From positions 1 through 64,000 of the forward strand of contig CAXXJV010000002.1 of NCBI GenBank assembly GCA_963663475.2: DNA of 64,000 nucleotides. Reading direction: 5' to 3'. The position numbers and the translations under genes were made by a program. Of this stretch, positions 40,388 to 51,233 are shown in pieces; position 1 is the stretch's first letter, and every line of letters begins with the position of its first letter. The notes below the pieces were generated by a model. The model was not told the DNA's origin, did no database searches, and worked only from the letters and a program-made list of their open reading frames with translations. This DNA is from Candidatus Cloacimonadales bacterium (GTDB lineage: Bacteria; Cloacimonadota; Cloacimonadia; Cloacimonadales; JAFGVF01).

Positions 40388-41010
40388 TAAATTTCTTTCC
40401 TTTTTCGAGAAACTATAAAATTAACAGCAATCATTAAAATTGCAGCAATAAAAATTTTCATTGTTAAGCCTGGAGTAACTTGGGTTATTGTAGAAATAAT
40501 TAGTGATGCAACTACAGGTCCACCTACCATAAAATACTTTGCTGCCCGATATTGACCAAAGGCAAGTGCTATAATTGCAGAGATTATGCCAACAATTAAA
40601 GTAGAGGCTGGAGCAAAAAAGCCTAGATAACCAGCATAAGTAAAGATACCCCTTCCTCCCTTAAACTTATTATAGAATGGGAAACAATGCCCTAAGATTA
40701 AGAAGAATCCATATATGAAAAGGAGATTGTCACTAGCTAAATCAGGCTTGTTAAAAACACTTATAATGATATACTTAATAAAGTATAAGAAGAGATACAT
40801 TTTAGCAATATCTATTATACCAACTATTACACCCATTGTTTTGCTAACATTTGAGTAGATATTCTTAGTGTCAGCATGCCCAGTGCCTACTTTGGTTATT
40901 TTTAAATATTTGAATGTTTTAGCAAAAACTCTTGCAGTTGAAAAAAGACCACAAATATAAGCTAAAAGTGCTATGGAAATAGGGATTAATAAAGATTCAA
41001 TAATATGCAT
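40387..41010 (-). CDS. plsY: Glycerol-3-phosphate acyltransferase PlsY-like
   Basis: GTGHADTKN, DIAK, LGHCFPFYNKFKGGRG. Confidence 0.75.
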   Translation of the reverse strand: MHIIESLLIPISIALLAYICGLFSTARVFAKTFKYLKITKVGTGHADTKNIYSNVSKTMGVIVGIIDIAKMYLFLYFIKYIIISVFNKPDLASDNLLFIYGFFLILGHCFPFYNKFKGGRGIFTYAGYLGFFAPASTLIVGIISAIIALAFGQYRAAKYFMVGGPVVASLIISTITQVTPGLTMKIFIAAILMIAVNFIVSRKRKEI

Positions 41011-41720
41011 TAATTCTCCTTTTTACTATAATCTCTTGCCCCAAAAATGGCAGAACCGATTCTTACAATATTGGCTCCCTCTTCTATGGCAATTTCAAAA
41101 TCATGAGTCATTCCCATTGATAAATATTCCATGTCAACATTATCTATGTTTAATGATTTTATATAATCGAAAATTCTCTTTAAATTCCTGAAGTAAGGTC
41201 TGGTAACCTCTGGATCATCGGCAAAAAGACCTATTGTCATTAAGCCTTTTATTTTTAAATTTGGTAAAATGCTTACTTGCTTAATAAGATCAAAAACTTG
41301 ATTCTCACCTGTTCCAGACTTACTATCTTCTTCGGTTGTATTGACCTGGATAAGTATTTCTTGGGTTAAGTTATTTTTGACACAGTATTTAGAAAGTTTT
41401 TCAGCTGTAGATAGTTTATCAATTGAATGAATTAGGCTAGGTTTTAACTCCATTAAATGCTTGATTTTGTTACTCTGAAGATGACCAATAAAATGAAATT
41501 CCTCATACTTGCCAGCTAAAGCTGGAAGCTTATCCTGTGATTCTTGAATTTTATTCTCACCAATATACCTTGCGCCTGCTTCTAATGCTTCACTAATAAG
41601 TGATATAGGATGGGTCTTGGTAACAACTACTAATTTTATAGTCTGAGCTTTGATTCCCTTAGCCTCACATACGTCTTCTATCTTTTTTACAACAAAATTA
41701 TAATTATCTTTTATACTCAT
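41010..41720 (-). CDS. yggS: PLP homeostasis protein
   Basis: VVTKT, GENKIQE, HFIGHLQSNK, LSMGMTHDF, VRIGSAIFG. Confidence 0.93.
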   Translation of the reverse strand: MSIKDNYNFVVKKIEDVCEAKGIKAQTIKLVVVTKTHPISLISEALEAGARYIGENKIQESQDKLPALAGKYEEFHFIGHLQSNKIKHLMELKPSLIHSIDKLSTAEKLSKYCVKNNLTQEILIQVNTTEEDSKSGTGENQVFDLIKQVSILPNLKIKGLMTIGLFADDPEVTRPYFRNLKRIFDYIKSLNIDNVDMEYLSMGMTHDFEIAIEEGANIVRIGSAIFGARDYSKKEN

Positions 41721-41967
41721 TTCTAGTTTACTCCTACAAACTTATATTAGGTAAAGCTTAATTACCCCTTAGTTATGTCAATAAAATTATTTACTAAGTT
41801 AGTAAAATAGGAATGATATTATTCAAAAAATGATTGGCTCATCAAAAGCCTGAATCCCAGAGGAATAAAAATATTATAGGCAGTCGTCGCAAGACACTGT
41901 TACGAAGACCAAGGAAATGAGCCCTACAGGGGCGACATTATTCATTTAGCATTTTTATTTATTATTA

Positions 41968-42134
41968 AACCCCAATAATGCAGTAGACCTCTGTGAAAAG
42001 CAGAATATTCTTCTGCAAAAGTAAGATCCATAATTTCTCCGAATATATATAAAATATATGCGTCAAAATTCTGTAAGCTATTTTGCTAGAATAATCTGCA
42101 CTCTTCACTAAAGCTCTACTACACTATCTGGGAT
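41968..42134. mobile_element. MITE family A copy
   Basis: CCCAATAATGCAGTAGA ... TCTACTACACTATCTGGGAT. Confidence 0.6.
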
Positions 42135-42208
42135 AAAAAATTTCTTGCTAACTTATCTTTTAATGTTATAATGTGAAAATTGTTTAATAAAAATATGGAG
42201 GATTTAAA

Positions 42209-43177
42209 ATGAAATTTAAATCAAAACTTATCACTTTATTACTTGTTGCAATGAGCTTTAATCTCTTTGCAGCTCCAGCTGTCTTGAGTTATATGGAAAT
42301 TAATGGTCTTATTGGTGGTTCTTATCAATATATTTCAAATGATGATACAACAGACGGGAATCTCTACCTTAATAACTTTGATTTATCCCTAACCCTAGAA
42401 GCTTCAGATTTTCTCTCAGCCAATGTTTCAACTATTTATGACGATTCTATGGATTATATGGTAGTAGATGAAGCTTATGCTAAATTAAGAATTATGGAAG
42501 AGTATCCTTTAAATATTACTCTTGGTAAGCTTTATCTTCCTACAAATGTTAGTTTAGAAAATAGTAATTTTATAACAGACCCTATGACATATACCTTTAG
42601 TGAAATGCAAGATATTGCCTTAATGGCTGATTTTACTTGGTATCACACTATGCTTTCTGCTTCTTTTTATAAAGAAGATGAAGATAGCCAAACAGAAGAT
42701 ACCAATATTGATGCTTTTGTCTTGAATCTTGCTTTTGCTCATGATTATTCTGATAGCAGTTTTATGCTAAGTACTTCCTATATTTCAAATCTATATAATG
42801 CTAGTCTTTTTGAAGGTATTCAAGATGACCAAGAACTTAGTGCTATGTCTATTGCTACTTCTTTTAACTGGCAACAATTTTCTCTCTTTGGTGAGTATAT
42901 CATGACTTTAGATGAATATGAAGATGAGAAACCTAGTGCATTACATGTTGAAGCTGCTTTTCAGCTTGTAGATCAATTGAAAATTGCTGGACAGTATGGA
43001 ATGAGTCAAAAGGCTGAAGGCTTATTAAATGAAACTACTTTTGGTGGTATAGTAAATTATAAATTCATGGAAAATAGTTTCTCCTCAGCAAACCTTGCCC
43101 TAGAACAAATAATATCTAGTGATTATCAAGAAGAAACAACTAACACTACAAGCTTAAAACTAACTTATGAATTCTAA
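42209..43177 (+). CDS. Outer-membrane porin (LbtU-like)
   Basis: Signal peptide, VDEAY, GKLYLP, C-terminal LKLTYEF. Confidence 0.65.
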   Translation: MKFKSKLITLLLVAMSFNLFAAPAVLSYMEINGLIGGSYQYISNDDTTDGNLYLNNFDLSLTLEASDFLSANVSTIYDDSMDYMVVDEAYAKLRIMEEYPLNITLGKLYLPTNVSLENSNFITDPMTYTFSEMQDIALMADFTWYHTMLSASFYKEDEDSQTEDTNIDAFVLNLAFAHDYSDSSFMLSTSYISNLYNASLFEGIQDDQELSAMSIATSFNWQQFSLFGEYIMTLDEYEDEKPSALHVEAAFQLVDQLKIAGQYGMSQKAEGLLNETTFGGIVNYKFMENSFSSANLALEQIISSDYQEETTNTTSLKLTYEF

Positions 43178-43199
43178 AAAATAATAAGCAAATTAAGAT

Positions 43200-43223
43200 A
43201 AAGGGAGTTTAAACTCCCTTTTT
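43200..43223 (+). terminator. Intrinsic terminator
   Basis: AAGGGAGTTTAAACTCCCTT followed by T run. Confidence 0.7.
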
Positions 43224-43403
43224 GTTTATGCCTTCAGTAGCCAGGATTGCATTTTTGTTAGCAAGCAAAAGCTACTCCTAGCAGTAAAATTATACTTAAA
43301 AATTCTATCATTCAATTAATATGCCATACTAAAATTCTCCTCTACTACTTGGGGTGAACTTCAACCAATTTTTTCACCCAATAATAATATTATTGCTTAT
43401 TTC

Positions 43404-43480
43404 ATCCTTAATCCTTCCTTTACAGTCTTTCGATGAAAAGCCGACTTTCATCGAAAGACTGTAAAGGAAGGATTAAGGAT
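43404..43480. repeat. 77-bp palindrome (35-bp perfect arms, 7-nt loop), copy 1
   Basis: ATCCTTAATCCTTCCTTTACAGTCTTTCGATGAAA and its exact reverse complement. Confidence 0.95.
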
Positions 43481-43566
43481 CTTATAGCAGTGACTGACAA
43501 AAAAAAGGCTCTTGCTCAAGTCTGCTGGTAAATAAGAAACTTTCATTATAGCATATTGCTTGAATA

Positions 43567-43909
43567 ATCCCAGATAGTGTAGTAGAGCTTTAGTGAAGAG
43601 TGACGGAAGTTGCTCACGGAGTAGCGACTTCCGACACTCTTCACCCGAAGTCCCTTGCCTACGGCTGAGGAATTCCAGTCTCCAGCAAAAAGCAGGCTCA
43701 AGTTCAAGTCAGGGATAAGTCTTGAATCCCTAAAGGGGATAAATAGTTTAGCCCGGGGTAAATTCCTGAAGGGAATGCAAGCCTGGGTACTGGTGATGAA
43801 AACAAAGCCTAACCCTGAAAGGGTTAAATAACATCATATATACCATAGACTTATTATAATCCCAAATGGTGCAATAGAGCTTTAAAGATCTACTCCACTA
43901 TTCGGGATT
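43567..43909. mobile_element. MITE family A shell with nested REP doublet and ~168-bp module
   Basis: 43712-43878 nearly identical to 58669-58837; 43610-43682 matches 59928-60172 units. Confidence 0.7.
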
Positions 43910-44123
43910 ATAACTAGTTTATTTTTTGCATTTTATATCCTTTTTTATGTAGTTAGTATCCTTTTATAACCACTTCAATAATTTTTCTTACACCAACTTT
44001 AATTACTTACTTATTCTATATATGAGGAATATTGAGTTTTATCCTTGACACAAGATAGCTAATTTTTTTGTATAGAAAAAAAGACTTTTTGAAAGTGATT
44101 ATAATTTATATAGAGGAGAAAAT

Positions 44124-47100
44124 ATGAAGAAAGTGATTATTTTAATTACGATTCTTACCGCTTTTTTAACTTTATCTGCAGACAAATTTATAGAGGATGT
44201 CTTTGAAGATAATAATATCATGGTAAGTTTCAAGATGGAATCAATTGGAAACATGGATGGCACAATCGAAGTAACTTATGAAGATGGAATAGTTCAAACT
44301 CACATGGCTTCTTTTAATGATTTTGCTAAAGATTATGAAGTAACCCAAATTAAACAAGATAACCCTGATATCAAACATAAAGAATTTAACGATAATGGAA
44401 CTTATATCCAATGTCTTTATAAAATTACTATCAAAGATAACAAGAGAATCGAACAAGCACTTGATACTATCAGAAAAAATGAACATGTATTATGGGCTGA
44501 TTATGTAACTATAAACTATCTTAAATATGTTCCTAACGATACTATGTTTAACCAACTATGGTACATTATGAAGACCGAAACTGATGAAGTTTGGGACTTT
44601 GTAAGAGATTCATCTGAAATATTAATAGCTATTACTGACTCTGGTATAAAATGGAATCATCCTGATTTAAAAGAAAATATCTGGATTAATCCTGAAGAAA
44701 GTGCTGGTGCTAATATCAACTGGGATGCTGGTACATTCACAGGTGATGGTTCAGATAATGACTATAATGGAAAAACAGATGACCTTATGGGCTGGGATTT
44801 CTTTTCAAATGATAATAATCCAATGCAAGACTGGAATCACAATTATCATGGAACTCATGTGGCTGGTTGTGCTTCTGCAGAAGGTGATAATGGTATTGGT
44901 ACTGTAGGACCAGCCTTCAATGCTAAACTTCTCAACTGTAAAGGTGCATCAAATACTGCTAACTCAGAAGGTATATCTGCTGGTTACCAACAAATTACTT
45001 ATGCTGCTGATTTAGGTGCTGATATTATCAATGCCTCATGGGGTGGTCAAGCTTATAATTTAAACTATGCTAACACATATATCAACTATGCAACAAACTA
45101 TGGTTCTTTTGTAGTTGCTGCTGCTGGTAATGCTAATCAGCTTCATGGAGCTGGTTATATAGATGCTCCAGCAGACTGTCCTAATGCTTTTAATGTTGCT
45201 GCTACAAGTCAAAATGACTCTAAAGCTGATTTCTCAGATTATGGTGAACCAATCGATATTTCAGCTCCTGGTGTTGGTATCTTCTCTAGTGTGATTGAAA
45301 ATAATGGCTGGGCAAGTGCTCAAGGTACTTCAATGGCTTCACCAGTTGTTGCTGGTATTGCTGCTTTAGTGAAAGCAATTCACCCTGAACTAACTCCTGC
45401 AACTCTTAGACAAAGACTTGAAAGTACTGCTGATTATATTGATGATCTAAATCCTGGCTATGAAGGACTTCTTGGTAGTGGAAGAATCAATGCTTACACA
45501 GCTGCTTTATATGATATAGTTCCTAAAATTACTGTTGTTGACCAAGAATTATCTGAATTCAATGGTGATAATGATGGTATAGCTAATCCTGGTGAAACTG
45601 TTAATTTAAAAGTTAGACTTACTAACTTCCAAAACCTTTCAACTGGTATCTCATGGGCTACATCTCAAAATACTACAATTACTCTTAGATGTGACCATCC
45701 TGGTGTTGTAATTGAAGATTCAACAGCAACTATTGGTAATATCGTAGCAGGTAACTTTATTTGGAATGATGAAAATCCTTTCAAATTCTCAACTACTTCA
45801 GATATTACTACTGCTCCAATCGACTTTACTCTCTTTGTGCAAGCTAACCAAGATCAAGAAATTCCTTATAATAAAGAAATTCCTTTCCAGGTTTCTCTTT
45901 CACTAGATTACCCTAACTGGCCTTTCTCTTTATCAGGTCAAGCCCAATCAACTCCTATGATTTTAGATATCAATGGTGATGGTAGTGGTGAAGTTATCTT
46001 TGGTGACTTAGAAGGTAATGTTAATGTCCTTGATAATAATATGCAACAAATTGCTGGTTTCCCTGGTCAAACTGGTGCTACTATAGCTCTTCCAATAGCT
46101 GTAGGTGATTTAAATAATGATGGAAACCTTAACCTCTTTGTTGTAAATAACGATAAAGAAGCTTATGCTTTCAATAATGATGGTTCTATACTTTTTGGAC
46201 CAATCTCACTTGATAATCAAATTACTCGTGCTGCACCTATGATTGCTGATGTTAATGGTGATGGTATTGAAGATGCAGTTGTTTGTACTATGAATGGTAA
46301 ACTTCATATCTTCAATGCTGATGGTAGTGAACATGCTGGCTATCCAGTAGAATTCCCTGGTAACTTTGTCTTTAACGCTGCTCTTGCTGACCTTAATCAA
46401 AATGGTAGAAAAGAAATTATCTTACAAACTATTGCTGGAAATTTCTTAGCTATTGATTATGAAAGTCAAGAAAACATTACAGGCTTCCCTTATTCAATTG
46501 GAACTAATACCGAAGCTGCTCCTGTAATCGCTGATGTTGATAACGATGGTCACCCTGAAATTATCGCTACAGTCTCTTCTCAAGGTATCATCAAAGCTAT
46601 CAATCATGATGGCTCAGTTGAGTTTTCACATACTTTCAACAAAATAGTTAAACAAGATGTTTTAGCTTATGACTTCACTGGCGATGGTAATACTGAAATT
46701 CTTTTCACTACCTTTGATGGTTTATTCTATGTAATAGACACTGATGGTGATCCTCTTCCAAACTTCCCAGTTTATCTAGAAGCTTCTATAGAAGGTAACA
46801 TGCTTCTTTCTGATCTAGATGGAGATGGAATGGCTGCAATTATTGGTGATGTTAATGGTTTACTTCATGCTATTAAAGCTGATGGTAGTGAAGCTGGTAA
46901 TTTCCCAATGGACTTTAATGATAATTTAAAGTTTGCTCCTGCTCTTGGTGATGTTGATGGTAATGGAAACATTAATCTAGCTGTATCAAACATCGTTTCT
47001 ATGAATCTTATTGATTTAAAGAGACCTGCTTACTCTGCATGGATTATGCACAGAGGTAACCCAGGTAGAACTGGTGATATGTTCAATGCTATGACTGATA

Positions 47101-47402
47101 ATGAAGAACAAGATGTTGCAGTGGTTAATAATTCACTTTTAGGAAACTATCCTAACCCATTTAACCCTGAAACAACTATCTCATTTACCCTTAAAAATCC
47201 TGGTCATGTTACTCTTGATATCTTTAACTTAAAAGGTCAAAAAGTTAAGACTTTAGTTAATGAATATAAAGCATCAGGAAGACATGATATTGTTTGGAAT
47301 GGTACTGACCAAAATAATAGCAATGTCGCTTCAGGTATTTATTTCTACAAAATGAGAAATGGTAAATATTCTTCTACTAAGAAGATGATTTTAATGAAAT
47401 AG
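44124..47402 (+). CDS. Secreted S8 serine protease with FG-GAP repeats and C-terminal FlgD/T9SS-type domain
   Basis: TDSG, HGTHVAG, AAAGN, GTSMASP; DxxGDG repeats; NYPNPFNP...ASGIYFY. Confidence 0.92.
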   Translation: MKKVIILITILTAFLTLSADKFIEDVFEDNNIMVSFKMESIGNMDGTIEVTYEDGIVQTHMASFNDFAKDYEVTQIKQDNPDIKHKEFNDNGTYIQCLYKITIKDNKRIEQALDTIRKNEHVLWADYVTINYLKYVPNDTMFNQLWYIMKTETDEVWDFVRDSSEILIAITDSGIKWNHPDLKENIWINPEESAGANINWDAGTFTGDGSDNDYNGKTDDLMGWDFFSNDNNPMQDWNHNYHGTHVAGCASAEGDNGIGTVGPAFNAKLLNCKGASNTANSEGISAGYQQITYAADLGADIINASWGGQAYNLNYANTYINYATNYGSFVVAAAGNANQLHGAGYIDAPADCPNAFNVAATSQNDSKADFSDYGEPIDISAPGVGIFSSVIENNGWASAQGTSMASPVVAGIAALVKAIHPELTPATLRQRLESTADYIDDLNPGYEGLLGSGRINAYTAALYDIVPKITVVDQELSEFNGDNDGIANPGETVNLKVRLTNFQNLSTGISWATSQNTTITLRCDHPGVVIEDSTATIGNIVAGNFIWNDENPFKFSTTSDITTAPIDFTLFVQANQDQEIPYNKEIPFQVSLSLDYPNWPFSLSGQAQSTPMILDINGDGSGEVIFGDLEGNVNVLDNNMQQIAGFPGQTGATIALPIAVGDLNNDGNLNLFVVNNDKEAYAFNNDGSILFGPISLDNQITRAAPMIADVNGDGIEDAVVCTMNGKLHIFNADGSEHAGYPVEFPGNFVFNAALADLNQNGRKEIILQTIAGNFLAIDYESQENITGFPYSIGTNTEAAPVIADVDNDGHPEIIATVSSQGIIKAINHDGSVEFSHTFNKIVKQDVLAYDFTGDGNTEILFTTFDGLFYVIDTDGDPLPNFPVYLEASIEGNMLLSDLDGDGMAAIIGDVNGLLHAIKADGSEAGNFPMDFNDNLKFAPALGDVDGNGNINLAVSNIVSMNLIDLKRPAYSAWIMHRGNPGRTGDMFNAMTDNEEQDVAVVNNSLLGNYPNPFNPETTISFTLKNPGHVTLDIFNLKGQKVKTLVNEYKASGRHDIVWNGTDQNNSNVASGIYFYKMRNGKYSSTKKMILMK

Positions 47403-47539
47403 TGTCATATGAACTAAACATTAAATAGTTAAGCAGCTAAGCTTAAATATATAAAGCCTCGTGAAAACGGGGCTTTTCTTATACTCTCCTTTCCTAGCTG
47501 GATAGTGGAGATCCTCTCTGCCACAAACCAAGCTTGTTA

Positions 47540-47624
47540 AACCCGAATGGTGCAGTAGAGCTTTTTATAAAGAGTGCAGAAGAATATAGTGCTATTCACA
47601 AAGGTCTATTGCACCATTTGGGTT
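47540..47624. mobile_element. Minimal MITE family A copy (about 85 bp)
   Basis: AACCCGAATGGTGCAGTAGA ... TCTATTGCACCATTTGGGTT; collinear with 58818-58901. Confidence 0.7.
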
Positions 47625-47771
47625 AAAAATTATTCATAAAAATAATTAATGAATTTTCCACTTGACATTTTACTCTTATCTAAAGACTAGTTCTAGAAGG
47701 GAAGAGGTCTGTATTGGAAGAATAGACCTATTTCCACAAGTGATTTATTTATATATTAAGAGGACCTACTA

Positions 47772-49781
47772 ATGATGAAATTATCTAAAAATGTATTAGT
47801 AATGTTATTAATACTTATCTGCTCACAAGCCTATTCTGACAAACTTATGATTGATGATTTTGTTTGGACAGATCAAGCTAAGTTAGACTTTTACCTTAGT
47901 CAAAGAATTACTCCTACTGACCCACCAATAAGCCCTGTAAGAGCTGTAGCTGAATTTGAACCAGCATCAGCAGTTTTAATCCGCTATCCCTTAGGGATTC
48001 CTACAAGTTTTGTGGCTCTTTTATCACAAGAAATTGAAGTTATCTGCATAGTTGAAGATAACTGGGATCAAAATCAAGCTCAATCTGCCTTCGATGCTGC
48101 AGGTGTTAATAATGATAACCTTAGCTTTATGACAGCTGATACTGATTCTTACTGGACACGTGACTATACATCTTGGTTCATTGTTGATGGGAATTATGAT
48201 ATGAGTGTTCTAAACTTTGAATATAACCGTCCTAGACCTTATGATAATCAGTTTCCTCAAGCCTTTGCCCAAACCTATAACTATCCATACTATGCTATGA
48301 ATATTGAACAAACTGGTGGTAATTTCATGACTGATGGTTATGGTATTGCTGCTTCCGCTCATATTGCCTATACAGAAAATGGTAATAATCAAACCTTAGT
48401 TAATACTACCATGGAACAGTATATGGGTATTACCAATTACATGGTAATCCAAGATCCAAACAATACTTATATAGATCATATTGATTGTTGGGGAAAATTC
48501 CTTGATGTTGATAAAGTTCTTATCAGAGAAGTTGCAACAAGTCATCCTCAATATGATGAAATTGAAGAAGTTGCTGATTATTTTGCTGCTACAAACTGCT
48601 CCTGGGGTTACCCTTATCAAGTTTTCAGAGTATATACTCCAAACGATCAACCTTATACTAACTCGCTAATCCTTAATGATAGAGTTTTTGTACCTCAAAC
48701 AGGTTCTACTTGGGACCAACAAGCTTTAGAAACTTATGAGTCTGCTATGCCAGGATATAGAATCTTTGGAGTAACAAATAATACTTATAACCCATGGGAA
48801 TCAACTGATGCCCTTCATTGCCGTACTCATGAAATTCCTGATAGAGATATGCTCTCTATTCAACATTATCCTCAATATGGAGAGGTTGAAGATGAACTAG
48901 TTACTATTGAAGCTACTGTTATTGCTCTCAGTGAAGAAGAAATCTATTCTGATTCTACTCTTGTTTATTATAAAGAAGAGGGAGCAACAAGCTGGGATTA
49001 TGCTATCCTAGAATACCAAGGTAATAATCTGTGGTCAACTGAAATTGGTCCTTTCCAAACTAATCAAGTTATTCATTACTATCTCCATTCAGCAGATGAA
49101 TCTGGTAGATCAGAAGACTATCCTTTTATAGGGGCACAAGATCCTTTCGAGTTTGTTTATACTGCTAATACTCAAGAAAATTTACCACCTGAAATTAACT
49201 TTGATCCAGTAGTCTCAATTCAAAATGACCAACTTCCTCTTGAACTAATCTGCAACGTAACTGATCCAGATGATAACTTAATGTCAGTTTCTCTCTACTA
49301 TGATATCAATGGCCAAACATCTACAATTAGCTTTTTCCCTCTTGAAGATGATACTTATAGAGTTGAATGGGATATAGACTATAATCCTGATGGTAACAAT
49401 GCTATTTCTTATAGAATTGAAGCTCAGGATAACCAAGGTCTGATGAGTGCTACTCCTGACTATCCTCTTAATCTAGTAGTGGCCAATGATGCTAATGAAG
49501 TAAATCAGGCTTTTGGCTTTAAATCTATTTATCCAAATCCTTTCAATGATAGCTCAAGTATCAAATTTACTAGTAAAGAAAATCAACAAACTATTAAAAT
49601 TTATAATATTAAAGGGCAACTGGTTAAGGAAATTAGGACAAACTCAAAGGCTGGTAGAACTTTTGATGTCAAATGGAATGGAAAAGATAGCCAAGGCAAT
49701 AAGGTTAGCACTGGTGTCTATTATTTGGTGCTAGAATCAGATAATCAAAGAGATGTAAAAAAGGTTCTAATGCTTAAGTAA
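47772..49781 (+). CDS. Secreted agmatine/peptidylarginine deiminase family protein with C-terminal sorting domain
   Basis: AEFEP, WTRDY, GGN, HID, YTN, LHCRT; YPNPFN...STGVYY. Confidence 0.85.
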   Translation: MMKLSKNVLVMLLILICSQAYSDKLMIDDFVWTDQAKLDFYLSQRITPTDPPISPVRAVAEFEPASAVLIRYPLGIPTSFVALLSQEIEVICIVEDNWDQNQAQSAFDAAGVNNDNLSFMTADTDSYWTRDYTSWFIVDGNYDMSVLNFEYNRPRPYDNQFPQAFAQTYNYPYYAMNIEQTGGNFMTDGYGIAASAHIAYTENGNNQTLVNTTMEQYMGITNYMVIQDPNNTYIDHIDCWGKFLDVDKVLIREVATSHPQYDEIEEVADYFAATNCSWGYPYQVFRVYTPNDQPYTNSLILNDRVFVPQTGSTWDQQALETYESAMPGYRIFGVTNNTYNPWESTDALHCRTHEIPDRDMLSIQHYPQYGEVEDELVTIEATVIALSEEEIYSDSTLVYYKEEGATSWDYAILEYQGNNLWSTEIGPFQTNQVIHYYLHSADESGRSEDYPFIGAQDPFEFVYTANTQENLPPEINFDPVVSIQNDQLPLELICNVTDPDDNLMSVSLYYDINGQTSTISFFPLEDDTYRVEWDIDYNPDGNNAISYRIEAQDNQGLMSATPDYPLNLVVANDANEVNQAFGFKSIYPNPFNDSSSIKFTSKENQQTIKIYNIKGQLVKEIRTNSKAGRTFDVKWNGKDSQGNKVSTGVYYLVLESDNQRDVKKVLMLK

Positions 49782-49912
49782 AATAAACTTTTGATTTACG
49801 TCACTGGAAACCAAAATATATTGGTGAAAGTGACGTTTTTTTTTTTGGCTCAAGTTCAAGTCTGGTGGGAATAATCCCAAATAATGCAGTAGATCTTTGT
49901 GAATAGCACTAT

Positions 49913-50053
49913 ATTCTTATGTAAAAGCAAAAAAACTATGGACTGAGACCATCCTTGGTCTCAGATTCTTATGTAGAAGCAAAAAAACTATGGACTGAGA
50001 CCATCCTTGGTCTCAGAATAATGTGTGTGCAAGCAAGGATACTTCCACTCCAT
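49913..50053. repeat. 52-bp tandem duplication containing REP-like hairpin
   Basis: 49913-49964 and 49965-50016 differ at one base; CTGAGACCATCCTTGGTCTCAG hairpin. Confidence 0.85.
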
Positions 50054-50122
50054 ATAAAATCAGCAAATACTTATAAAATACTTGCTATGACTTACCAGGA
50101 AACGTGTAGCAGTTAAATAGTT

Positions 50123-50827
50123 TTAGTTAAGATTTTCTAGATAATGTTGAATGTGTTGTAAATCATGCCAAGCAGGTAACTTATAACTGGCATTTCTTAA
50201 TAATGCTGAAGGGTGGTAGCTGACAAATGTTCTGATATTTTGATAGTAATGCTCTTTATTTCTAAAAGAACTTAAACTTGCATTTTCTTGATGGGGAAGA
50301 AGACTAGTCGCTGCTACTTTACCAAGCAAAAGAATTACTTTTGGCTTAACAATCTCTATCTGTTCAATTAGATAGGGAAGACAGGCTTCTCTTTCTGCAG
50401 GAAAGGGGTCTCTGTTATGAGGAGGATGGCATTTAACTATATTAGTTATATAAACTTGGTCTCTTTCAATATTTATGGCTTTTAACATTTTTGTAAGTAG
50501 CTGGCCAGCAGGTCCCACAAAGACTTGGCCACTTTGATCTTCTTGTTGCCCAGGCCCTTCACCTATAATCATTAAGTCTGCATTAGGATTACCTTGACCA
50601 TATACGAACTTCTTCCTATTCTCATGTAAAGGACATTTCTGACAATTACTATATTTAACTTTAAGCATATCTAGAGATGGCTTATTTGCTTGGACAATAG
50701 GGGAAGACTCTTGCTCAAATGCTTGAGAAGAAGTTTCTGCTAAATCTACTTTTTTTGATTTAATATCTCTTTTGAAAAGAAAATCTAAGCCAGATATTTT
50801 TAATAACTCCAAGTTGTAGGATTTCAT
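50123..50827 (-). CDS. Uracil-DNA glycosylase family 4
   Basis: CQKCPL, GEGPG..ED..G..FVG, NIVKC.PP.NR, YHPSALLR. Confidence 0.92.
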   Translation of the reverse strand: MKSYNLELLKISGLDFLFKRDIKSKKVDLAETSSQAFEQESSPIVQANKPSLDMLKVKYSNCQKCPLHENRKKFVYGQGNPNADLMIIGEGPGQQEDQSGQVFVGPAGQLLTKMLKAINIERDQVYITNIVKCHPPHNRDPFPAEREACLPYLIEQIEIVKPKVILLLGKVAATSLLPHQENASLSSFRNKEHYYQNIRTFVSYHPSALLRNASYKLPAWHDLQHIQHYLENLN

Positions 50828-50870
50828 GATGTTAAAAAAAGCTACTCTTGATTCAGAGTAGCTAAATTAT

Positions 50871-51182
50871 TTATTCTTCTGTATTACCCATTAGGGTATT
50901 TAGCTTAATATATTCATCATCTTCATCATCATCTTCATCCATGTTTATGTTAAGCATCTCATCTCTCTTTTCAATCATAGCTTCATTACTTTCAAACATG
51001 TAATCAGGAATATGGTTTTTAGCAACATGCTCAAGTGCTTCTTCAGTAATAGTTTTCTTAAAAGCATCTTTAATTGATTGGGGTAACTTATTAATTCTCT
51101 CAATCTCTTTGTTTGCTAACAAGCAAAACATATAAGACATATCACTCTCTTCAAGAAATTTTTCTATTTCTGGGTTTATCAT
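50871..51182 (-). CDS. Probable divergent RNA polymerase omega subunit
   Basis: Directly downstream of gmk; YMFCLLANKEIERI...ITEEALEHVAKNHI resembles the omega helices. Confidence 0.5.
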   Translation of the reverse strand: MINPEIEKFLEESDMSYMFCLLANKEIERINKLPQSIKDAFKKTITEEALEHVAKNHIPDYMFESNEAMIEKRDEMLNINMDEDDDEDDEYIKLNTLMGNTEE

Positions 51183-51233
51183 AGTCTTTTCCTATCCTTT
51201 TTTATTTTCATAAACAATAATAAAATCAAGCAA

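Noticed and set aside
47699-47737. Riboswitch upstream of the deiminase gene
   Set aside because: Only one imperfect hairpin after a TTGACA; no recognisable aptamer motif
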